Shown here in pieces: positions 18,148 to 25,346 of a DNA stretch of 25,778 nt. The stretch lies in the NCBI GenBank assembly GCA_048885865.1, contig JBHLLF010000019.1, positions 14,299 to 40,076 of the forward strand, given 5' to 3'. Positions within the stretch are counted from its first letter, which is position 1. Each line of letters starts with the position of its first letter. Under the pieces are notes generated by a model. It did not search any database. It saw nothing but the letters and a program-made list of their open reading frames with translations, and was not told the origin of the DNA. A program made the position numbers and the translations under genes. This DNA comes from Candidatus Hermodarchaeota archaeon (GTDB lineage: Archaea > Asgardarchaeota > Thorarchaeia > Thorarchaeales > Thorarchaeaceae).

Positions 18148-18708
18148 TTAGACCTCATCAGGATGCAAAACCACTGCAGCTTCTTCATTTAGGACCTTAT
18201 TGTAGAAGGCACAAGTAACACAGTTTGCGAATTTCAAAGCGAATTCTGCTTGAATTTTGCCGCCACATAAAGTGCCTGCAATTGCCCAGCAGATTCTGCC
18301 TGCATTGTGGCCATTATTCAATTTGTTGGCACTTCCATCAGTGGCAGCAGGACAAACACCTAGTTCGCCCATTTTGGGTCCACCAGGTTCCCTGCCACAC
18401 TGCATATATTCCCAGCAGTTGACTCTAGCCATAGAATCAGGGTACATGACAAAGTCGCTTTCCTCTTTAGCAACCTTGTGATAGAAATCGCATTTCACAC
18501 AATTATCCATTTTAGATGCATATTCTCCTTGCACCTCACCGCCACACAGTGTTCCTGCTACGGCCCAGCAAATTCTGCCTCCGTTGGTACCACCATTTTG
18601 TCCATTCACAGTGGTATCAGTAGATGCTAGGCATACACCAAGCTCTTCAGCCTTTGGACCACCGGGTGTTCGTCCGCAATTCATTACTTCCCAACAGTTC
18701 TTTGCCAT
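18148..18708 (-). CDS. Tandem two-CW-domain Cys-rich protein (two repeats, 7 Cys each)
   Basis: Two copies of NCWExMxCGRxPGG...GVCxA...GRICWAxAGTLCGG...NCxxCxFY. Start placed at ATG 18708 (GGAG upstream) rather than TTG 18759. Confidence 0.85.
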   Translation of the reverse strand: MAKNCWEVMNCGRTPGGPKAEELGVCLASTDTTVNGQNGGTNGGRICWAVAGTLCGGEVQGEYASKMDNCVKCDFYHKVAKEESDFVMYPDSMARVNCWEYMQCGREPGGPKMGELGVCPAATDGSANKLNNGHNAGRICWAIAGTLCGGKIQAEFALKFANCVTCAFYNKVLNEEAAVVLHPDEV

Positions 18709-18811
18709 TTCTGCATGGCTCCATTGATGAGTTATTTTGTCCTTGACAAGCCCCGTCAAAGAGGCTAAATTGTCCGTTCAACTAACTCATTATTACTTTT
18801 ATTTGTTTTGG

Positions 18812-18823
18812 TTATATATTAAA
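18812..18823 (-). promoter_or_regulatory. Candidate TATA box for the two-CW/roadblock gene pair
   Basis: TTTAATATATAA on the minus strand in the AT-rich gap downstream of the 424-aa gene. Confidence 0.4.
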
Positions 18824-18835
18824 TATTCAAATATT

Positions 18836-20110
18836 CTAACCCAAATAGCGTATTTGCTTACTCTGAGTTTGCTTAGCTGTCACTCTTGCTCTAAACAAAG
18901 CCGCATTTGCCTTTGTCTTGCCAACTCGGGCAGTGATCTCAGCCGTTACTTGATTGATGAGGTATTGCAGCGCATCAAACATGGCTTCAAAATCGAATTG
19001 AGTCATTGTCGAATCAATTCTACATTGCACCAAACCGTCAGTCTTCAGATCAATTCTCGAAAGCCATGGATGAATACGCAAACCTTCCCTTTTCCTCCTT
19101 AGAAGCTCCATGACTGAGAATGAATCTGGAACTAATACTCGGCTTTCAATCAAATAGCGATTTACAATACGTTCTTGATCAATTACAAGCTGATGGCCTG
19201 GAGTAACACCTTGGATGTAGCCCATTCGGATTAAACGGCCAAGTTCTGCAAATATTCTCTGTTTCAAATTGTCGTTAAATTGACCAACCAATTCATAGAC
19301 ACTGCATCGCCCATCAAGGGACCCAATCACTTCAAGTGTCATAGGTGAGATTTCAAAGCTATCCACATTTGAGAAAACTACACCAATCGACCTCTCAGAT
19401 GGGATCAAAATGTCATCATCAGAAGGAATGTGATCTATGTGGATTACTCCATCCCAACTCGCGATATACGCCATCTCCTTAACATCTCGAAATGGTCTAC
19501 GCATAGCATCAGATATGCGCGCGAGGCATTTTCCATCTTCAATTGCTGACAGAAATTGACTCATCTCACTCAATCCGTTAGTGCCCTCTAGATCCGCCAA
19601 AATACGAGCCCAACCTGGAATTGCCCTTATAAAAGAGGTTGAAGATATTCTGTCATCAGAAAAGATTCTCATTGCAAAATCATCAAACCCATCAAGAATG
19701 CTCCTATCATATCCGAAAGATTCTTTGAGCGCTCCGTATGTAGCTTCAAACTCAGAAAGGATAATACGTAGTTGAGTTCGGAGTCCGCTAGTTTCTCTGC
19801 AAACAGCCAGTACGGCAACAGCCCATTCTCCAGATTCAACAATAAGAGTTGTATCAGTTCCATAGATGGTTTTCCATTGAGACCTCTCAAATCCCACGAA
19901 CTCTGAAAGAAAACTAGCCATCGCACCAACAAATCCTGCAAGAAGTTGGGGATCGATTGCATTTGGAATGAAATAATGGGAGTACATCGACACTCCAGAA
20001 CCTTTGTGCAAGATGAAAAGTGCCTTTTCGTTTAGCTGGCGATTGGGATCCGTGTCTAAAGAGCTTCCGTGTCTTTGCAATGCATCATCTTGATTGATGT
20101 CAGATTTCAT
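18836..20110 (-). CDS. Longin-like domain protein with tandem winged-helix-like regions
   Basis: N-terminal ALFILHKGSGVSMYSHYF...IDPQLLAGFVGAMASFLSE...LSEFEATY fits the longin beta-beta-alpha-beta-beta-beta-alpha pattern. Later IEDGKCLARIS...WDGVI and LDGRCSVYELV...LGRLIRMGYI fit wHTH patterns. Confidence 0.7.
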   Translation of the reverse strand: MKSDINQDDALQRHGSSLDTDPNRQLNEKALFILHKGSGVSMYSHYFIPNAIDPQLLAGFVGAMASFLSEFVGFERSQWKTIYGTDTTLIVESGEWAVAVLAVCRETSGLRTQLRIILSEFEATYGALKESFGYDRSILDGFDDFAMRIFSDDRISSTSFIRAIPGWARILADLEGTNGLSEMSQFLSAIEDGKCLARISDAMRRPFRDVKEMAYIASWDGVIHIDHIPSDDDILIPSERSIGVVFSNVDSFEISPMTLEVIGSLDGRCSVYELVGQFNDNLKQRIFAELGRLIRMGYIQGVTPGHQLVIDQERIVNRYLIESRVLVPDSFSVMELLRRKREGLRIHPWLSRIDLKTDGLVQCRIDSTMTQFDFEAMFDALQYLINQVTAEITARVGKTKANAALFRARVTAKQTQSKQIRYLG

Positions 20111-20124
20111 TCAATGGCTTCTCC

Positions 20125-20700
20125 TTAGTGTTCTTCAGTTGAATCCAGAAGATTCTGATCAAGCTCGCCACCAACACCTTCATAGCTACCCTCATGTTCT
20201 CCTGTGAGAGTACTATTTCCTTTTTCCTCGGCGAATTTCAAATAGTCAGCAAGAAATTGCTTTGCTTCAGATATTGCCTTTGTACGAACTATCTTCTCTT
20301 CAGTTGAAATCTTTAATCTTGAATTTGCCTGCTTCATCTCGTTGTATATTCGATCAATCTCTTTCAGATGCTTCCTAAATGAGTGGGAGAGAAAGGAATT
20401 TAGACCCATTCGCATTGAAAAGAGTATTTTTCTGCGACCCCTTCCTGTGCTTCCAAAATGTGATTGTCGGTCTAAGACTCCCAAGGATTCCAGTATCGTA
20501 CAAAGAGATGATACAGTTGTCACTGAAAGGCCAGTCAACTCGCTTATGGCTTTCATAGATAAAGGAACTTCGTTATTACATCTTTGCTTGTAAAGAGCAG
20601 CCAAGACACTAGAAGCTGTTGATGGAATATTTAGCAATTCTACTCCTAGTCTCATTAGTTGCTCGATATGATGATTTCCATTCTCAATTGATTTGGTCAA
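20125..20700 (-). CDS. Winged-helix protein, GbsR/MarR-like transcriptional regulator
   Basis: SVLAALY...PLSMKAISELTGLSVTTVSSLCTILESLGVL...GRGRRKILF followed by a helical tail. Start placed at TTG 20700 (TTGA overlap with the kinase stop, GGAGG upstream). Confidence 0.8.
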   Translation of the reverse strand: MTKSIENGNHHIEQLMRLGVELLNIPSTASSVLAALYKQRCNNEVPLSMKAISELTGLSVTTVSSLCTILESLGVLDRQSHFGSTGRGRRKILFSMRMGLNSFLSHSFRKHLKEIDRIYNEMKQANSRLKISTEEKIVRTKAISEAKQFLADYLKFAEEKGNSTLTGEHEGSYEGVGGELDQNLLDSTEEH

Positions 20701-22934
20701 TAGTATGATCCTCCTGGCTTTGGCAGCCAAATCACGAAATTTGCACCCTCCTCGAAATTCCCAGGCACACGGTCCCTAATGCGAATTGATCCACCGTATT
20801 TTTGAACTATTTCGAATGAGAAGTGCAGTCCAACTCCACCTAATCTTTGAAATGGATCAAATAGATACTGCTTGAGATTATCTGCTATTCCGGGGCCATT
20901 ATCTGCCACTGAAATCTCAAATCCATCAGAGGTATCGTGCAATGATATCCAAACTCTTCGGCAAGCTGACTTATTGTGTTCAACAGCATTCTGGATAATA
21001 TTGCTGAATAGATCCTCCAAGAATTTGTCAGCTAATACAACATCGCTATTGCACGAATTCTTAACAGTAATTTCCACATCTTCATAAGTTTCAAGTTGAA
21101 CGTCAATACATTGGGATATGACTCTAGACAAAGATCTATCCACCAGAGGCGCAATTGCTAGCTTCTCGGTAGCACGCGCACTCATAATCATCCTGTTACA
21201 TCTTTGGACTGAATCAATGATTTGATCAAGAAAACGCTCAGAGGGAATACAGTCTATTTCCTTTTGATTAATTTCTTTAAGAAGTTCAACGCTTCCTTGG
21301 ATCACTTGAAGCTCGTTTGCCATGTCATGACCTAAGAGGTCCAAATAGAGGCGAGCCCTTCTTGTTTCCAAAGCTAGCTGCTTTTCGGCCAACTTCTGGT
21401 CTGTCACATCAAGGGCATACTCAATCATTTGAACAACTTCTCCATTTGCATCAAAGACTGGATATGCGTGTACCTCAACATATCGAATATCACCATTCAA
21501 GTCATAATGACAATGTTCAACGACAGTAGGTTGCTTGGACTTCTTGATGATATCCAGGGGACAAGGATGATCTTCTCCCGAGCAAGGTAGATCCCTCTTG
21601 TGTGACATCTTGTAGCATTTCGTCAATGAATCAGGATGACCCAAATTAGCAGCTTGATTAGCCATCTTTATTGCATAATCATTCGCATCAATGACATAGA
21701 AAGGATGTGTCATTGATTCAATGACACGTTCAAGAAAATCTCGCTGCTCAAGAAGACGTGCTTCGGCCATCTTTCCTTGCGTTATATCCCTCACAACCGC
21801 TACAATACTCTGCCCGTCTTCATGGAGAGTCAAAGTCTTTGAATACCATCGAATTGTATCCCCGAAAGGAAGAGGATACTCAATGGTGACCGGAGAACCA
21901 TCTCTTCTAACCTCTACAGATGCCATCAAGTATTTGGTAGCCGCTTCAATAGGGAGGATGTCATTGACATGCTTTCCAATGAATTCCTTTGGTGACTTGT
22001 AGAAGATATTCTCACTTGAAGCATAGTATTCAGAATATCTATTCTGCGAATCATAAACAAAGACAAGGTCATGCATCGACTCCATAATGGTGCGATGCCT
22101 CCGCTCACTGCGTCTGAGTTCTTCATCAGCTTGCTTCCTTAGTGTAATATCTATGAATGCTGCTATCATTCTTCTTGGAGAAGTTTGAATAGCATGGACT
22201 TCAAATGCGCCAGAGATATCACCAGCATCATATTCGATTTGCTCTGTACTCCATGTAGTCCCAAATAGTGCGACTTCCAAGTATCTTTGAGGAACTTCAG
22301 TTTCTGTAAGAGCTGGGAATGCGTCTTGGATGCTTTTCCCAATGAATTGGCTATTATCTATGCCAAGAATCTGATCAGCCGCTGGATTAGCCCCTAGAAA
22401 AATGAGATTGTCATCTTCTGTAGCTTCATACATATGAATGCCAATTTTAGAACTTATGTCGCTATTATTGATGGCACTTACAGAGTCATCATATTCGTCG
22501 GGGCTTCCCCAAACTTCAATAACATATGCAATCCTTCCTCGAGAATCAGGGATGGGAATTCCCCTTATTTGATGCCTACACGAGCCACCTCCTTTTGGAG
22601 TGTGAGCATGTTGAAAAGCCATGGATTTCCTATTCCTTAGAACTTGGTTAACAACTGGGGAGGAATCTTTTGGTGACCGATGACCATCTAGGCCATGCGC
22701 GGAGAGATAACAGCAAGGATTAGCTGTGACTATTTCCTTTTCTGCCAATGCATTCATTGAAATAATTGTGAAGTCAGTAACATCTACCACAAAAGCTGGT
22801 CTGTCTATCAATTCTAGGAGCGCACTTAGAATAATCTGAGAACTTGAGCTTCCTAACTCAAACCTATCGTGGAATAATAAATCAGTCTTTGCACAACTGG
22901 TTTTTGATTTGCTGCTTTCTTCGTTAGAACCCAT
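20697..22934 (-). CDS. Soluble multi-PAS sensor histidine kinase
   Basis: H-box LLGHDMANELQ, N-box NIIQNAVEH, G1 DNGPGI, F LFDPF, G2 GGVGL; four PAS/PAC-like repeats (three end in DIT/DVT); no transmembrane segment or receiver domain seen. Confidence 0.93.
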   Translation of the reverse strand: MGSNEESSKSKTSCAKTDLLFHDRFELGSSSSQIILSALLELIDRPAFVVDVTDFTIISMNALAEKEIVTANPCCYLSAHGLDGHRSPKDSSPVVNQVLRNRKSMAFQHAHTPKGGGSCRHQIRGIPIPDSRGRIAYVIEVWGSPDEYDDSVSAINNSDISSKIGIHMYEATEDDNLIFLGANPAADQILGIDNSQFIGKSIQDAFPALTETEVPQRYLEVALFGTTWSTEQIEYDAGDISGAFEVHAIQTSPRRMIAAFIDITLRKQADEELRRSERRHRTIMESMHDLVFVYDSQNRYSEYYASSENIFYKSPKEFIGKHVNDILPIEAATKYLMASVEVRRDGSPVTIEYPLPFGDTIRWYSKTLTLHEDGQSIVAVVRDITQGKMAEARLLEQRDFLERVIESMTHPFYVIDANDYAIKMANQAANLGHPDSLTKCYKMSHKRDLPCSGEDHPCPLDIIKKSKQPTVVEHCHYDLNGDIRYVEVHAYPVFDANGEVVQMIEYALDVTDQKLAEKQLALETRRARLYLDLLGHDMANELQVIQGSVELLKEINQKEIDCIPSERFLDQIIDSVQRCNRMIMSARATEKLAIAPLVDRSLSRVISQCIDVQLETYEDVEITVKNSCNSDVVLADKFLEDLFSNIIQNAVEHNKSACRRVWISLHDTSDGFEISVADNGPGIADNLKQYLFDPFQRLGGVGLHFSFEIVQKYGGSIRIRDRVPGNFEEGANFVIWLPKPGGSYY

Positions 22935-23004
22935 TTCCCAGTTCCTCCCTTAAGCCTAGCTTCCCAGTTTGCCATCTTAGTATGGACTCCCGCTTCAGCA
23001 AATA

Positions 23005-23421
23005 CTATTCCTCTAATACAGAGCGAATTTGATTTGCAATAGCTACAAGTTCGGTTTCAGCGCCGATATGTCTCCACCGACCAAATAGTCCCCTTTTGAG
23101 AATAGTATCCCCTTCAAGAACTCCGCCAATGCGAAACCATTGGTCTTTTACTTTGAATTCATGCAGAGATACTGTCACTCCGAAACCTCTGACTGATGCT
23201 GTCTTAGGATGCCCGTATCCTAGATTATCACTGACTCTAACAGCTGTATCTGAAAGAAGAGACACCATTGCAGCAAGTGTTTGATTTGATGATCCATCAG
23301 ATGACTTCCCAGCAACTACCAAGCCTCGTTCGTTGGTTACTACACAGCTCATGAAGCTGCGACCATTATCAATAAGCTCTCCAACAATATCTTGTAGTCT
23401 TTGATGTTTGCCTGTACTCAT
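23005..23421 (-). CDS. Roadblock/LC7 protein (divergent)
   Basis: SCVVTNERGLVVA...LAAMVSLL...RVSDNLG.G; GGAGG ribosome-binding site. Confidence 0.82.
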   Translation of the reverse strand: MSTGKHQRLQDIVGELIDNGRSFMSCVVTNERGLVVAGKSSDGSSNQTLAAMVSLLSDTAVRVSDNLGYGHPKTASVRGFGVTVSLHEFKVKDQWFRIGGVLEGDTILKRGLFGRWRHIGAETELVAIANQIRSVLEE

Positions 23422-23442
23422 TTTTGTTCCTCCGCGTTTTCT

Positions 23443-24108
23443 TCAGGTCACTGTGTCTTCATGGAGCTTCACATCCCAGAGTCCAACAATTTCATTGATT
23501 GCTTTGGCGAGATTCTCAACTTCGAATGTCAAAAGTCCAAGTTGAACGCTACTTGGAAAAATGACAGTCAACATAACATTCTCAGCAACATGTTTCAACA
23601 AGACTGAGAATTGAACATGACCGTTCTCATCATCAGCATCAACCAGAACTTGTCTAAACATGCAAGAAGCATTCACAAGACGGATAAAATCTTCTGAGAT
23701 TGTTATTAGGCCTGCAGACATACTACTGACCACCATCTCAATATTCTCTGGCATAGAATCGTAGAAGAGTCTATGAGCAAGAATATAGCCGTCCACTGTA
23801 AATACAGTCAACCCCCATACTGGAACCTTCATCTCAAACTCTGATAGAAGATCCCGAATCTGGACTACTGGAGGAATAGCATTGTCATCATCAGTAATTT
23901 CTATGTCTCCTGATTGAATCTCCACTTGAGATGATTCTTCAAGGAGGAGTTCCCCATCAATTTCGTTAGACACAGATTCTTCGGGAGCTGAGGTGACTGG
24001 GTCTTCTACATCATCATGTTGATTACGCTCATCTAATATTGAACCATCTTCATCAAGATGCTCCTCCATTTCACCAGGTTCTTCTATTCCAATTCGTTCA
24101 TAATTCAT
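23443..24108 (-). CDS. Roadblock-like protein with an acidic, probably disordered N-terminal extension
   Basis: Residues 1-80 are about one third Asp/Glu; then GLTVFTVDGYILA...VSSMSAGL...RQVLVD...VQLGLLTFEV. Confidence 0.8.
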   Translation of the reverse strand: MNYERIGIEEPGEMEEHLDEDGSILDERNQHDDVEDPVTSAPEESVSNEIDGELLLEESSQVEIQSGDIEITDDDNAIPPVVQIRDLLSEFEMKVPVWGLTVFTVDGYILAHRLFYDSMPENIEMVVSSMSAGLITISEDFIRLVNASCMFRQVLVDADDENGHVQFSVLLKHVAENVMLTVIFPSSVQLGLLTFEVENLAKAINEIVGLWDVKLHEDTVT

Positions 24109-24118
24109 CTCTTACACC

Positions 24119-24781
24119 TCATGATTGTGAAACTACGCTTAATGTGTCACTAGCTACCTCATTTTGAACACAGATTTCCTCTACCTTCTTCAGAAGGAGA
24201 ATCAAGCCAGTCTTTGATGATTCACGATTATTGGCAGATGTACCCACTGCATCAGGAACACCCACCCAGCTTGCTACTTCATCAGGTGAAACAGCATCCG
24301 GCCGGTCTTGCTTGTTTGCGATGGTCACAATAGGAGTTGGCCCAAATGCGGCCTTAGTTTCCGCCAGGATTGCACAAGCGTCTCCTATCATAGCAGGATC
24401 TGAAGAGTCAACAATCATCAGGACTCCATCAGAGTTAGACCTCATTGTGTCTCTGACAAACTTGAAATGTAGTTGACCAGGGACACCACGCAGTTCTATT
24501 TCCTTTGAAATCCATCCCTCATATTCGGAGATTTCTTCCTCATATTCTGCTTTAGGGACAATTAGACCCATATGGGCCAATTCCTTTCGGACCCAAATAA
24601 CACGCCCAAGATCAAAACCTGTTGTCGTGGTGCTTTTCTCACCACGATATTCCTCCTTCATCTCACGCTCTATAGATATAGTGTTGGGATCGAGTGTATG
24701 AATTAGAGTGGTTTTTCCAGCTTGGAAAGGTCCGGTGACATAGATTTTGAAATCATATGATTTTAAATTCCTCGCAGACAT
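24119..24781 (-). CDS. Small GTPase of the MglA/CvnD type
   Basis: G1 GPFQAGKTT, G2 TTTTGFDLG, G3 GVPGQ (no Asp of DxxG, as in MglA/CvnD), G4 NKQD, G5 TSA. Start placed at ATG 24781 (AGGAG upstream); the ORF track start is 24841. Confidence 0.9.
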   Translation of the reverse strand: MSARNLKSYDFKIYVTGPFQAGKTTLIHTLDPNTISIEREMKEEYRGEKSTTTTGFDLGRVIWVRKELAHMGLIVPKAEYEEEISEYEGWISKEIELRGVPGQLHFKFVRDTMRSNSDGVLMIVDSSDPAMIGDACAILAETKAAFGPTPIVTIANKQDRPDAVSPDEVASWVGVPDAVGTSANNRESSKTGLILLLKKVEEICVQNEVASDTLSVVSQS

Positions 24782-24841
24782 CTCATCATAACTCCTTGAT
24801 TCTCCTCTTCCAAGGACTCCATGCAATTTGCATTGAGTCAT

Positions 24842-25204
24842 CTAGAGGATGGACTCTACCTCACTTGTGGCTTTATCCATCTCGAAGTCGATTAAACCGA
24901 TCTTGGCGTCCCGAGGAGCTGTGGCGATAAGCGCAGCACCATTAAGGCTTCGCACAATCACGGTTTTCACATCGCCTTCAATCACGATGTTCTTCGGATT
25001 TCCAGAATCTAGGGCAGATCCAACACGACTTCCTATTGACACCAATGCGGCTGCCATAGCTGATACCGCTTTTTCATCGACTTCCTTGTGTAGCGCAGCA
25101 GCCATGAGCTGGCCCCTATCGCTTACCAGGGCACATCCGTCGACTTCGCTATCAGCCTCTAGTTTCTTGAGTGTGTCTTCAAGTTTCTTTATTTTTGCAC
25201 TCAT
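24842..25204 (-). CDS. Roadblock/LC7 (MglB-like) protein
   Basis: Roadblock motifs; directly upstream of the GTPase, as in mglBA/cvnB-D. Start ATG 25204 has GAGGTGA upstream and matches the paralog's MSAK start. Confidence 0.92.
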   Translation of the reverse strand: MSAKIKKLEDTLKKLEADSEVDGCALVSDRGQLMAAALHKEVDEKAVSAMAAALVSIGSRVGSALDSGNPKNIVIEGDVKTVIVRSLNGAALIATAPRDAKIGLIDFEMDKATSEVESIL

Positions 25205-25215
25205 TTGCATCACCT

Positions 25216-25341
25216 CTATTTCTTTTCGTAGAACTCACACGAGTCCTTCTCTTTCGCTGATACGTAGATGTTCTTCTTTTCACACCAAACTAGCCCTTGT
25301 GCGTTTGCGCCTCCTGCGTACTTACAGTCAGATATAGCCAC
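25216..25341 (-). CDS. Putative 41-aa Cys-containing microprotein MAISDCKYAGGANAQGLVWCEKKNIYVSAKEKDSCEFYEKK
   Basis: Found by manual translation (shorter than anything in the ORF track). Fills the gap between two genes; GGGGTGA 5 nt before the GTG; CKY...WC...CEFY spacing. An alternative in-frame GTG is at 25350. Confidence 0.72.
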   Translation of the reverse strand: MAISDCKYAGGANAQGLVWCEKKNIYVSAKEKDSCEFYEKK

Positions 25342-25346
25342 AGGAA

